This document shows positions 1 to 13,299 of a stretch of DNA of 64,000 nucleotides, piece by piece. Location of the stretch: positions 115,632,001-115,696,000 of the forward strand of contig NC_086097.1 in assembly GCF_963921235.1 (NCBI RefSeq), in the 5' to 3' direction. Position 1 is the stretch's first letter. The number at the start of each line of letters is the position of its first letter. The translations under genes were made by a program, and so were the position numbers. Under the pieces are notes generated by a model, which was not told the origin of the DNA, did no database searches, and saw only the letters and a program-made list of their open reading frames with translations. Origin of the DNA: Mobula hypostoma. Taxonomy: Eukaryota.

Positions 1-1215
1 TTGTCCTTACAGACGCTTGTAGCTTTCCTTAGGAAGTGAGAGCTGTAGGTGTCCTCCAGGGCCGGAAGTTGTATCCCGATAATCTTCTGTGCGCTAGAGA
101 CGACCCGCTGAAGTGCTTTCCTATCAGCTGCTGTACAACTGAGATACCACACAGAGATGCAGTATGTTAAGATGCTCTCTATGGTGCAGCGGTAAAAGTT
201 CACCAGCATCTGTTCAGGTAGACCGGCTTTTTTCAGCGTCCTGAGGAAAAACAAACATTGCTGTGCTTTCTTAACTATTGTAGTGATGTTAGAGGACCAT
301 GTAAGGTCTTCTGAGATGTGTATTCCCAGAAACCTGAAACTGGACAATCTCTCCACTATGTCTCCGTTAATGTAGACTGGGGCGTACTCGTCATCCCGTG
401 ACTTTCCAAAATTGATAATTAGTTCCTTAGTCTTTGCTGTATTAAGAGACAGGTTGTTCTCTGGGCACCAGCTCACTATGTTCTGTATGTCCACTCTGTA
501 CGCTGATTCGTCTCTGTTGGAGATCAACCGATCAACCCGATCACTGTTGTGTCGTCTGCGAATTGGACGGTGGTATTGGTGTTAAATACAGGTACACAGT
601 CATAAGTGAAGAGGGAGTAGAGTATGGGACTCAATCCACAACCTTGTGGTGTACCAGTGTTCAGGATAGTAATGGAGGACAGGCGAGGGCCCAGTGTCAC
701 TACCTGTGACCGCTCTGACAAGAAATTCAGGACCCAGTTGCAGAGTGATGAGCTGAGGCCTAGCTGGTGGAGTTCAGAGATGAGCTTGATGGGGATGACA
801 GTATTAGAAACAGAGCTATAATCAACAAACAACATTCTCACGTATGTGCCCTTTCCCTCCAGGTGTGACAGGACAATGTGAAGAGCTAATGAGATGACAT
901 CCTCCACAGAGTGCGAGTCCAGTGTAGCAGGAATACTGACTTTCATGTGGGAGAGGACCAATCTCTCAAAGCACTTCATTATTATTGGTGTGAGGGCAAC
1001 TGGGCGATAGTCATTCAAATTGTTGATGTTTGTTTTCTTCGGGACAGGCACTATGGTGGCTGACTTCAGACACTTTGAGACCGTTGCCTGAGATAGTGAC
1101 AGATTGAAAATTCTCATAAATACATCAGCCAGTTGTTCAGCGCAGTCTTTAAGTACCCGTCCTGGAACTCCATCTGGGCCTGCAGCTTTTTGTGGATTGA
1201 CCCTCTACAGCGTAC
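1..1215 (-). mobile_element. Rex1/Babar-clade LINE, reverse transcriptase fragment (decayed)
   Basis: ORF 524..1117 has RT motifs [39 protein letters not shown] and QFADDT, typical of Rex1/Babar; homology continues to the window start. Confidence 0.85.
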
Positions 1216-1467
1216 ACTTTATGAGATATCCATACTGGGGCATTCGGAATATGGAGTGCAGCCTTGAAAATGGGCAATAATGAGCAAAGTGCAGGGAGTT
1301 GGAAAGCTTTATGATCAGGTTGATAATCATATTGCTCAACTGATAGCTGGTGAGTTTATCCCAGTTTTAAAAGACATTTTCACTTGGACAACATACACTG
1401 AAGATGGAAGAGGAATAAAAGGCCCTGCAAGAAGATGTTATGTGAAAATTTAGGTTTCCAGACAGAT

Positions 1468-1887
1468 TACTTAGTTACTGTCTGTTACACCACTGGTGTC
1501 TAGGGCAGTAATTAAGGTCCTCCATCTCTGGTGGTGTTTAAGGCTTCCTTCATTGTGTCAGTAACTTCCTCCTGGCTTTCACTGTAAATCATGCAAGTCC
1601 CAGCTAGAAACTCAGGAATACTGTCACATTCAGATGTAGGAGGATTCTTCATTGCTGTTTCCGTGACAATTTTGTGTTAGGGCTATGTTGTTATCCCTAA
1701 GCTGAACTGCCAAACCTGGAGGAATGGTGGACCACTCTTAGTCTGTCCTCTACCCCCTGACCTGTTTGAGATGGACGCCCCTACCAAGGGACAAAGCATA
1801 AACCCCTGATTCCTGCCAACATAGCTTTTCAGAACATTGAGGCACGCGAGCCTCCGAACCACAACAAGGTTGTGGTCCTCTTGGAGG
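1468..1887 (-). mobile_element. Short non-autonomous retroposon, probably RTE-derived (Expander/BovB-like 5' UTR joined to a 3' tail)
   Basis: Flanked by imperfect TSD ttccagaca(g/t)at (1456-1467 and 1888-1899); short tandem AGTAA-type tail; the 5' part resembles RTE 5' UTRs as I recall them. Confidence 0.55.
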
Positions 1888-2567
1888 TTCCAGACATATG
1901 ACTTGTTTTAATTGGAGTCTATTCTTGATGGAATTAGCTGATAGTGTGATGGGCAAGTTAGTGTAGTGATCTAAGAGTACTATTTGTACTTGTTTATGTG
2001 GTAGAATGGTAACTTGCATCAGTAGGCCAAATAATTATTCTGATATGTATTTCATAAAATTATAGAAATGTACAGCACAGACTGGAGCTTTTCAGACTCA
2101 TTTTGTCCATACTGACTGTGATGTCTGTCTGCAGTAATCCCATTTGCCTGAATTAGGCCAATATCCCTCATTGCCTTTCCTGTCTGAATATCCATTCATA
2201 GTAGTAGTGAGATCACTCGAATTGAGTATGATGTTCTCCTGAGGGGTTGTCTATTGGCGGGTCCTCAGGTGGCTGTAGATCCACATGTTCTGGTGCAATG
2301 TGGACAAGAGGGAATGGTAGCTTTGGGTAGTGGTTGGGTCTTTTGATTGGACAGTCTCTCCTGTCACAGCTGCCGCTTGTTCTCTGTGGCACAACAAAAG
2401 TCATTCTTATGTAGCGCAGCCCCCCCGAACAGATTTACCCATCCAAATCTCTTTCAAACATTATGATTGTACCCATCCCCACTGTCTCCTATGGAAACTC
2501 ATTCTGGATACTCACCACCATGTGGAAGAACTTACCAAGACTTTCTTTAAGCTTCTCCCCTTCACTG

Positions 2568-2937
2568 GCATGTAACGAGAGCGTCTTGGACCTCCAGGTG
2601 GCCCACAGCAGGGTTGATTGATAAGTTCGTGGCCTAAGATAGAAGGAGATGAGTTATACAGCTCTCGTTACATGCACGTGCATTTCAACTCTTTGAGTGA
2701 AAAGGCAGAAAGTTTGTTAATAACTCATCTCCTTCTGCCCTAGGCCACGAACTTATCAATCACCCCTGCTGTGGACCACTTCTGGAGGTCCAAGACACCG
2801 GCTTCTACAAAGAAAGGATCCGTATGCTCCATGACTGCTGGACTAAGTGTGTAAATGTACGAAAAAATAGATGTGCTAGGTTTTCTAAAATTGACTCCTT
2901 CTACCTTAGGCCACGAATTTATCAATCACCCCTCGTA
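2568..2937 (+). mobile_element. Mariner-derived non-autonomous element with internal inverted duplication
   Basis: Right TIR ends ...ATCAATCACCCCTCGTA; further TIR copies at ~2609-2648 and ~2730-2767; 2803-2860 encodes FYKERIRMLHDCWTKCVNV, like a mariner transposase C-terminus. Confidence 0.75.
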
Positions 2938-2939
2938 AA

Positions 2940-3430
2940 AACTTTGTTATACACCACCTTCCTACTAATTTTTGCTATATTATATGCCTTCTCTTTTGCT
3001 TTTATTCTCTCTTTGACTTCTCTTGTCACCCATGGTTGCCTCATTCTCCCTTTAGAATACCTTCATCTTTGCGATGTATCTATCTTCTGCCTTCTGAATT
3101 GTCCCCTGAAATTGCAGGCATCGCTGTTTTGTTATCATCCCTGCTATTGTCACCTTCCAATTAACTTTGGCTAGCTTTTCTCTCATGTGTCTATAATTCC
3201 CCTTACTCCATTGTAATACTAATACGTCTGACTCTATCTTCTCCCTCTCAAAACTGCAGGGTGAGTTCTATCATATTACGATCACTCTCTTCAGAGGGTT
3301 CCTTTACCTTAAGCTCTCTAAGCAAATCTCATTCCTTACGCAGCACCCAATGCAGAGTTGCCTTTCTCCGAGTGGGCTGAAACAGAAATCTTGTAGGCAT
3401 TCTACAAATTCTCTCTCTAGGGATTCAGCG
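2940..3430 (-). mobile_element. Decayed CR1 ORF2 fragment (endonuclease C-terminal/linker region)
   Basis: Resembles the corresponding region of the CR1 copies at ~6300-6900 and ~31800-32340; many indels. Confidence 0.55.
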
Positions 3431-3879
3431 CCAACCATGCTGCCCCCAAAACAATTCATTTCAATGTTTCAATGAAAATGTGACAATAAAGCTAATCTTT
3501 AAGTTATAATTTTTAATGTTAATTTTAAACAATTGCCTGAAATGAAATATGTTTTGACAGGCTACTGATGAGAAATATTTGTTTTGTTAATTTAAATTGA
3601 TTGGGAAGTTCTTTCACTGCTTTGGAGCGTTTCTGATAATCACAGCCTCCACTCTATTGAATGAACTTGGGCACATGCAGGAAGAAATCTACAGCATGAT
3701 GTCCCAAGAAAAGTCATAAGATTAGTAATATGAATAAAAGTTTGTAGATATTGTGTGTGTGAATACTAGGGGCAAGAGACACAGGATTGACTCTTCTCCT
3801 GTAGCCCAGTTTGAAGTGTCCTCTGAAGATGAGAGAGTGAAGATCTCAGTGGAAAAGGAACTGTGTTATTGGAGGGCAT

Positions 3880-4474
3880 GATAAGGGTACTTAAGGAGGT
3901 GGCTTTAGAAATCGTGGATGCATTGGTAATCATTTTCCAATGTTCTATAGATTCAGGATCAGTTCCTGTGGATTGGAGGGTGGCTAATGTTGTCCCACTT
4001 TTCAAGAAAGGAGGGAGAGAGAAAACTTGGAATTATAGACCGGTTAGCCTGACGTCAGTGGTGGGAAAGATGCTAGAGTCAATTATAAAAGATGAAGTTA
4101 CGACACATTTGGATAGTAGTAACAGGATAGGTCCGAGTCAGCATGGATTTACGAAGGGAAAATCGTGCTTGACTAATCTTATCGAATTTTTTGAGGATAT
4201 AACTATGAAAATAGACAAGGGAGAGCCAGTGGATGTAGTGTACCTGGACTTCCAGAAAGCCTTTGATAAAGTCCCACATAGGAGATTAAGTGGGCAAATT
4301 AGGGCGCATGGTATTGGGGTCAGAGTACTGACATGGATTGAAAATTGGCTGGCTGACAGAAAACAAAGAGTAGCAATTAACGGGTCCCTTTCAGAATGGC
4401 AGGCAGTGACCAGTGGGGTACCGGAGGGTTCAGTGCTGGGACAGCAGCTGTTTACAGTATATGTTAATAATTTA
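3880..4474 (+). mobile_element. CR1 LINE RT region, left part (host of the 4475-8441 insertion)
   Basis: ORF 3863..4483: DWRVANVVPLFKKG, NYRPVSLTSVVGK, QHGF..GKSCLTNL, YLDFQKAFDKVPH, SGVPEGSVLG. Confidence 0.95.
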
Positions 4475-7400
4475 ACTATATAACCATATAACAATTACAG
4501 CACGGAAACAGGCCATCTTGGCCCTTCTAGTCCGTGCCGAACTCTTATTCTCACCTAGTCCCACCGACCTGCACTCAGCCCATAACCCTCCATTCCTTTC
4601 CTGTCCAATTTAATCTATCCAATTTAACTTTAAACGACAACATCAAACCAGCCTCAACCACTTCTGCTGGAAGCTCATTCCACACAGCTACCACTCTGAG
4701 TAAAGAAGTTCCCCCTCATGTTACCCCTAAACTTTTGTCCTTTAACTCTCAACTCATGTCCTCTTGTTTGAATCTCCCCCACTCTCAATGGAAAAAGCGT
4801 ATCCATGTCAACTCTATCAATCCCCTTCATAATTTTAAACAACTCTATCAAGTCCCCCCTCAACCTTCTACGCTCCAAAGAATAAAGACCTAATCAGTTC
4901 AACCTTTCTCTGTAACTTAGGAGATGAAACCCAGGCAACATTTTATTAAACCTCCTCTGTACTCTCTCAATTTTATTGACATCGTTCCTATAATTCAGTG
5001 AGCAGAACTGTACACAATACTCCAAATTTGGCCTTACCAATGCTTTATACAATTTCAACATTGCATCCCAACTCCTATACTCAATGCTCTGATTAATAAC
5101 GGCCAGCATACCAAAAGCTTTCTTCACCATCCTATCCACATGAGATTCCACCTTCAGGGAACTATGCACCATTATTCCTAGATCCCTCTGTTTTACAGCA
5201 TTCTTCAATGCCCTACCATTTACCATGTATATCCTATTTTCGTTAGTCCTACCAAAATGTAGCACCTCACATTTTTCAGCATTAAACTCCATCTGCCATC
5301 TTTCAGCCCACTCTTCTAACTGGCCTAAATCTCTCTGCAAGCTTTGAAAACCTACTTTATCATCCACAACACCACCTATCTTAGTATTATCTGCAGAATT
5401 ACTAATCCAATTTACCACCCCATCATCCAGATCATTAATATATATTACAAACAACATTGGACCCAGTACAGATCCCTGAGGCACGCCACTACACACCATC
5501 CTCCAATCTGACACACAGTTATGCACCACTACTCTCTGGTGTCTCCCACTGCTGAATCCATTTTACTACTTCTATATTAATGCCTAACGATTGAACCTTC
5601 CTAACTAACCTTCCATGTGGAACCTTTTCAAAGGCTGTACTGAAGTCCATATAGACAACATCCACCGCTTTACCCTCGTCAACTTTCCTAGTGACCTCAT
5701 CAAAAAATTCAAGAAGATTTGTCAAACATGACCTTCCAGGCACAAATCCATGTTGACTGTTCCTAATCAGACCCTGTCTATCCAGATAATTATATATACC
5801 ATCTCTAAGAATACTTTCTGTCAATTTACCCACCACTGATATCAAACTCAGAAGCCGATAATTGCCAGGTTTACTCTTAGAACCATTTTTAAACAATGGA
5901 ACCACATGAGCAATATGCCAATCCTCTAGCACCATCCTCTTTTCTAATGATATTTGAAATATTTCTCTCTGAGCCCCTGCTATTTCCACACTAACTTCCC
6001 TCAAGGTCCTAGGGAATATCTTGTCCGGACCCGGAGACTTATCCACTTTTATATTCCTTAAAAGCACCAGTGCTTCCTCTTCTTTAATTGTCATACTTTC
6101 CATAACTACCCTTCTTGTTTTCTTTAACTTGCACAATTCAATATCCTTCTCCCTAGTGAATACTGAAGAAAAGAAATTGTTCAAAATCTCCCCCATCTCT
6201 TTTGGCTCCGCACATAGTGGTTCACTCTGATTCTCCAAGGGACCAATTTTATCCCTCACTATCCTTTTGCCACTAACATTGCTGTAGAAACCCTTTGGAT
6301 TTATTTTCACCTTACTTGCCAAAGCAGCCTGGTATCTTCTTTTAGCTTTTCTAATTTCTTTCTTAAGATTCTTTTTACATTCTTTATATTCCTCAAGCAC
6401 CTCATTAACTCCAAACTGCCTATATTTATTGAAGATCCCTCTCTTTTTTCGAACCAAGTTTCCAATATCCCTTGAAAACCATGGCTCTCTCAAAATTTAA
6501 CCTTTCCTTTCAACCTAACTGGAACTTAAAGATCCTGTACCCTCAAAATTTCACCTTTAAATGACCTCCATTTCACTATTACATCTTTCCAATAAAACAA
6601 ATTGTCCCAATCCACTCCTTCTAAATCCTTTCGCATCTCATCAAAGTTAGCCTTTCTACAATCAAAAATCTCAATCCTAGGTCCAGTCCTATCCTTCTCC
6701 ATAATTATATTGAAACTAATGGTATTGTGATCACTGGACCCAAAGTGCTCCCGAACACATACCTCCGTCACCTGCCCTGTCTCATTCCCTAACAGGAGAT
6801 CCAACACTGCTCCTTCTCTAGTTGGTACCTCTATGTATTGCTACAAAAAACTATCTTGCAGACATTTGACAAACTCCAAACCATCCAGCCCTTTTACTGA
6901 ATGGGCTTCCCAGTCTATGTGTGGAAAATTAAAATCTCCCACAATCACAGCCTTGTGCTTACTACAAATATCTACTATCTCCTTACAAATTTGCTCCTCC
7001 AGTTCTCGGTCGCCATTAGGTGGTCTGTAATACACCCCTATAAGCATCACTACACCTTTCCTATTCCTCAATTCCACCCAAATAGCCTCCCTAGACGAGT
7101 CCACTAATCTATCCTGCCAGAGCACCGCTGTTATATTTTCTCTGACAAGCAATGCAACACCTCCCCCTCTTGCCCCTCCTATTCTATCACACCTGAAGCA
7201 ACGAAATCCTGGAATATTTAGTTGCCAATCACACCCCACCTGCAACCACGTTTCACTAATAGCTACAACATCATATTTTCAGGTATCAATCCATGCTCTA
7301 AGCTCATCCACCTTTCTGACAATGCTCCTAGCATTAAAATAGATGCATTTTAGAAACTCTCCACCTCCCACTCTCTGTTTATCCTTAATGGAGCAAACAA

Positions 7401-8441
7401 CTTTGTTATCTTTTTCTTCCTTTTCCCCTATATCCTTGGTCTGATTGCTCCTGATCTCTGTCCCCTGCCTATCCTCCCTCACACACCGCCTACCTGCCTT
7501 GTCCATCTGTGAAGCAACCTCCTCTCTCCTAGTCTCCTTAATTTGATTCCCTACCCCTAACCATTCTAGTTTAAAGTCACCTCAATAGCCCTCGCAAATC
7601 TCCCTGCCAGGATATTGGTCCCCCAGGATTCAAGTGTAACCCGTCCTTCTTATACAGGTCACGCCTGTGCCAATAGAGTTACCAATGATCCAAAAACTTG
7701 AATCCCTGCCCCCTGCTCCAATGCCTCAGCCATGCATTTATCCTCCACCTCATCGCATTCCTACTCTCACTGTCGCGTGGCACAGGCAGTAATCCCGAGA
7801 TTACTACCTTTACGGTCCTTTTTCTCAACTCCATTCCTAACTCCCTATATTCTTCTTTCAGGACCTCTCCCCTTATCCAACCTATGTCATTGGTACCTAT
7901 ATGTACCACGACTTCTGGCTGCTCTCCCTCGCACTTCAGGATCTCTTGGACGCGATCAGAAACATCCTGGACCCTGGCACCAGGGAGGCAAACTACCATC
8001 CGGGTCTCTGGACTTCATCCACAGAATCGTCTATCTGACCCCTCAACTATCGAGTCCCCTATTACTACTGCCCTCCCCTTCCGCTCCTTACCCTTCTTAG
8101 CTACAGTGCCGGACTCGGTGCCGGAGGCACGGCCAGTGTTGCTTCCCCCAGGTATGCTGTCCCCCCCAACAGTACTCAAACAGGAGTATTTATTGTCAAG
8201 GGACACAGCCACAGCCACAGGGGTACTCTCTATTGCCTGATTCTTCCTATTCCCCCTCCTAAACATGATCCACTTGTCTTCCTCCCATGGCCCTGGTACG
8301 ACCACCTGCCTGTAACTCCTCTCTATCATCTCCTCACTCTCCCTGACCAGACGAAGGTCATCGAGCTGCAGCTCCAGTTCCCTAACGTGGTCTCTTAGTA
8401 GCAGCATCTCAACGCACCTGGCGCAAATTTGAATGTCCGGG
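4475..8441 (-). mobile_element. CR1 LINE, ~4 kb, with partial ORF1 (SGNH/GDSL esterase) and disrupted ORF2 (APE endonuclease + RT)
   Basis: ORF1 motifs VIGDSIV, CLPGARVQDV, VHIGTND (7679-8407); APE motifs YFNARSI, VGDFNFP, GSSDHN; RT motifs GVPQGSVLGP and SADNTK; 8-bp 3' tail repeat at 4475-4492; several stops and frameshifts. Confidence 0.95.
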
Positions 8442-9400
8442 AGATGAAGGGATTAAAAGTAACATTAGCAAATTTGCAGACGACACAAAGCTGGGTGGCA
8501 GTGTGAAATGTGAGGAGGATATTATGAGAATGCACATGACTTGGACAGGCTGGGTGAGTGGGCGGATGCATGGCAGATGCAGTTTAATGTGGATAAATGT
8601 GAGGTTATCCACTTTGGTAGTAAGAATAGGAAGGCAGATTATTATCGAAATGGAGTCAAGTTAGGAAAAGGGGAAGCACAACAAGATCTAGGTGTCCTTG
8701 TGCATCAGTCACTGAAAGCAAGCATGCAGGTACAGCAGGCGGTGAAGAAAGCTAATGACATGCTGGCCTTCATACCAAGGGGAATTGAGTATATGAGCAA
8801 AGAGGTCCTTCTGCCACTGTACAGGGCCCTGGTGAGACCACACCTGGAGTATTGTGCTGCAATTTTGGTCTCCATGTTTGAGGAAGGACATTCTTGCTAT
8901 TGAGGGAGTGCAGCGTAGGTTCACAAGGTTAATTCCCAGGATGGTGGGACTGTCATATGTTGAACGATTGGAGTGACTGAGCTTGTATGCACTGGAATTT
9001 AGAAGGATGAGAGGGGATCTGATTGAAATATATAAGATTATTAAGAGGTTGGACACGCTGGAGGCAGGAAGCATGTTCCCATTGTTGGGTAAGTCCAGAA
9101 CCAGAGGCCACAATTTAAGAATAAGGGGTAGGCCATTTGGAACGGAGTTGAGGAAAAACTTTCTCACCCAGAGACTGATGTATATGTGGAATGCTCTTCC
9201 CCAGAAGGCAATGGAGGCCAAGTCTCTGGATACTTTCAAGAAAGAGATGGATAGAGCTCTTAAAGATAGCGGAATCAAAGGTTATGGGGATAAGGCAGGA
9301 ACTGGATACTGATAGTGGATGATCAGCCATGATCACAGTGAATGGCGGTGCTGGCTCGAAGGGCCGAATGGCCTACTCCTGCATCTATTGTCTATTGTCT
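8442..9400 (+). mobile_element. CR1 LINE RT C-terminus and 3' end, right part of the 3880-4474 element
   Basis: Reading frame resumes after the insertion (..NNL|DEGIKSNISKFADDTKLGG); RPHLEYC motif; (CTATTGT)n-like tail near 9385-9402. Confidence 0.9.
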
Positions 9401-9584
9401 ATTGAAAACAAAGAAGCTTGAATTCCATCAAAGGTTCAGATCAAATGACAGAATGTCGAAGAACAGACTTTCTTTGGCAAAGCTACAACAGGATTTTGAA
9501 GCTGAGTATTTAGGTGGCAGTTTCACTCCACACAATACAAAATGCAGCTGGGAGATACAGTGAGCTTGTTAAATACACCTGTTA

Positions 9585-10354
9585 GGGTGCATTCTCCAGT
9601 TACCTTATAAGGTAACCGTAGCCTTCAGCCAGGAGCAGATGTCATCAGGTGGTTCCCAACCTTCACAGAGTGCTTGGACCGTTAACCACGACACTCTTCA
9701 GTTGGTGGGCCAGCAGTGGTGGCCAGATCACTGCCCATCTGTTCCTGGCTTCCAGCTCCCCTCCTCTCGCCTACTCCAAATCCAACAAGAGGCTCGTTCT
9801 GCCTCTTACTCCATCCTACGAGCTGCTTGTTTTTTGCTCCTTTCGTCCAGGCCCAGATCTGACAACAACCGCCATGCTGATTTGGCTGGGAAACCTCTGC
9901 AGCCGACCTCCACAGGGAACAACCATGCCTGCCATCCCTTGTCTTTACACTCCTGCACTAAGGGCTGGTACTTCAAGGTCTTTCTCTCGTGGGCCTCTTC
10001 CTATCCCTCCTCCCATGGCACAGTCAGCTCAGCCAGAATTTTTTCCTGTCTTCAGTTGACCACAGTACAATGGCTGGGCATAGGGTTGTGTGCACCACAT
10101 CTGGGAACTGAAACCTCCTTCCCACATTGACCCTCATCTCCCAGGAGTTGGCTGTTAGCAGAAGATTGGGCTTTGGTTGTTTGGTTACGAAAGGCCTGGC
10201 TGCCTCTTTGATGATGGTGATGGCCTTCCTCAAATCTGTGCCAGCCGTCCTCTTCTTTCATCTCTCCCACTCTAGAGTGTCAGCAAGAGCCAGGAGCACC
10301 TTATCATGGCGCCACCTATACTGTCCTTGAGTTAGAGCTGTCTTACAACAGGAC
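9585..10354 (-). mobile_element. HERO-like non-LTR retrotransposon 3' fragment with restriction-like endonuclease (RLE)
   Basis: Manual minus-strand translation: SCCKTALTQGQYRWRHDKVLLALADTLE ... TTLCPAIVLWS ... ELTVPWEEG ... KYQPLVQECKDKGWQAWLFPVEVGCRGF; RHD, degenerate PD and E motifs of the RLE domain; stops and frameshifts present. Confidence 0.8.
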
Positions 10355-11364
10355 TACTTCCAAGAAGTCACAGAGATATGCTTTCCTTGCTCTTTGTATC
10401 GCTGATCATATCGATAAGTTTCAGTGTTCCTCCCATTCTAATATTTAATTTTTCATGATTTGCCTTTAACAGGGAGTTCATAAATGCTCCTTTAGATGTT
10501 TCATTTTTTTGAAGCAGTGTGAAATGAACAATCTCGAGCACCTCGACATTATCACAGGCTTTATTATTCTTACCATGCAAGGAGGAACTCACTGTGTTTG
10601 ATTCTGCTGTACCACACTCTGTTAATCTTCATTAGACAAAGAGAATTATACACTTGTCTTACGGGCAGTAATAAACCTCAGGGATTTTCTGACATTTTCT
10701 ATCGCAGAACAAAGCTCCAGTGATTTACGCTTGGATGAACACATTTTCTTAAAGAATTCCCCTATTCCTAAAGTGTCATACTTCTCAAATAGTAACAATA
10801 GATGGAATGATAAAGAATATTATATTCACGATAGTTCATATAAATAACCCTGTTGTACTGCATTTATTTTATCAATGTAGTGGACATTTCTGATTAATGC
10901 TTGAGGCATATTTTATTGAAGCACTTCACCTTTTTCTCCAAAAGAAAGGACCAACTGTCCTTATAGTTACCAGCTCTCTAGACGTGACAGAAGTAGGTGA
11001 GAGAACATTAGTGAAAAGTAGTTTTGTAGGAAAACACATCACGTCACGCACCCTATCCAATTGCTGAACGAAACACTATGCTTCAATAGTTGATCCGTCA
11101 GCTCCCATTATACATTTTCAAACGGTCAATTGACATAAAGATCTGATATGAACCTTCGCGGGAATTTCATGAGGGATTTCTCTTTATTGAATGATTGCGG
11201 GCTTTTTTCATTGAAAGGTTTGCCTCTCAAAGGGGTCTACATATTTATTACATCCCAAATTACTCAATATATTGTTATTGTAAAGCTGCCTAGGCACCAC
11301 TGAACCAAAAAATTATTAACATTGCTCCCATAATGGGCGTTTCAATTTTATTGGCCCTTGCCAA

Positions 11365-11440
11365 GGATCCCGAAGGGTCTTGGCCAAAATGTTGACTGTT
11401 TATTCCTCTCCATGCTGACTGACCTGCTGAGTTTTTACAA
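11365..11440 (+). mobile_element. Degenerate Penelope pLTR fragment
   Basis: gaagggtcttggccaaaatgttgactg...acctgctgagtt matches the PLE terminal repeat at 39250-39345. Confidence 0.6.
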
Positions 11441-13299
11441 GCTATGGAATCACTTTCAAAGGACTATAACTCCTTTTCTCAGTATTATCTATCTATCTAC
11501 TTATAATATTTATTCATTTGTTTGTTTGATGGTTTGTCTATTTATTTAGACATTTTGTCTTTTTTTGCACATTGGTAGCTTGTCAGTTTTTGTGTGCAAT
11601 ATTTCATCGATTTCATATTTTTTTCTACTGTAATTGGTTACGAGAAAATTAGTCTCAAGGCAGCATATGCTGAGATATATTTACTTTGATAATAAATTTA
11701 ATTTGAACTTTGAAGGTGAGAGGGGAGAAACTTAAAGAAATTCTTGGTGAGTTCTTCCATATAGTGGTGAATATCCGCATTGAGCTGCCACAAGAGATAC
11801 TGGAGGCAGATATAATTATAAAGGGATTTGGACAGGGATTTGAACTTTGAGTTCCTCCAGCATTTTGTGTGTGTTGCTCATTACCAGTCACCAGGTCTGT
11901 CGTAGCTTCCCATTGGTGAATATTATATATTTGTTAAGGATTATGATGTGGACAGCACTAATTGTTCTAGATTGAGGTTAATGATTTAGCAAACCCTGAA
12001 TGAAAACTGTCTCTCTATGTAAGCATTTGTGAGTGATTTGCTGTCAAAGCCTCCTATTTTGTGAGATGAGATGACTAGTGATTTTCCTCAGCCTGTAGTT
12101 TCTCTCACTCTATCTGCTCATGTCCTTCACATCCAGCTGGATTGGCATCCAGCTTTTTCTGCTACCCTGATTGCCTTCTTGGGTGGCTCAGGTTTGCAGC
12201 AGGCAAGCCACCATAAGGAAATCCCCACACCTGATGGGTGCAGACTGTGGGTTGCCCCCAGTGCAATTAGCCACAAATTGCATTAACATTCCCAGGAGGA
12301 ATGATACCCACTCCTTCAGTGTGTAGCTGACTATGGAGCACCTATGGACTGATGCAGGCACCAGATTCTGAATTTTGTACAAAAAAAGACATTTTCCACA
12401 AGGATTTTGGTTCTTGCATGGCTGTTATTGCATTGATGTAAGGCCACTATGGCAAGGCATTGAAATGATGTCAATAGTCAGTGAAGCCTTCTCGCCAGGG
12501 TTGAACTATAGTATTGCAGTTAGCAGTAGATTGTTGTATGCTATGTTAGCACTGGAAGTGTGGTGACACTGGTGGGCTACCCAGCACAACCCTTACTGAT
12601 TTCATTTGACACAATTTGAGGCATTTCACTGTCTGCTTTGATGTACAGAGGACAAATAAAGCTCATCTCTTTTTTTCTTCTTAAACTGGCTGTGGGGACT
12701 GGCAGACATTGTGCACTCCCTGAGGTTTAAGATATCATGCATTCGTCCTGGAAATATGGCATTGCCATGAGGATTTTTTTTTTGCTGATGATCCACAATC
12801 ATGTTTATTGGAAAAGTGAAACCCTTTAGTGATGTAATCAAAAGGCTGACTGTTGTGCTCATGGGAAATCAACAATTTTTGCTTCCAGTGTCAAAGATGC
12901 CAGCTGCTTTTTAATAAAATGAAAATAGGTGAAATAATTGTTTTTTTTCCTCAATATTTTCTCATGATCTCTCTGATGCTCTGATACAGCATTAAAAAGA
13001 TCTGGTGTAGCTCTTAGACAGGAAGTTGAGGGTCAATGTGAGTGTGACCTTCATAGAGTATGTTTGACCCTGATGTATGTGGACTCTTTTTCAAAAAGCC
13101 ATATGTACTCATTGTTGATCTGAGACTATTCCATGCCAGACGTACCACTTGGGATGCAAACCTCAGCTTGGATCCCACCAGAAAAGCAAGAAATGAGTAT
13201 CATACAACTAGTGATATTATTGCTAGTGTGATTGATTCAGGATGAATTGGACTGCTCACCCTGCACGTGGACTGTTTGCTTGACACTCATCAACGAAAA

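Noticed and set aside
9635..9700. CTGATGA in the HERO-like 3' UTR (minus strand) as a hammerhead core
   Set aside because: No intact GAAA or consistent three-stem fold in this copy.
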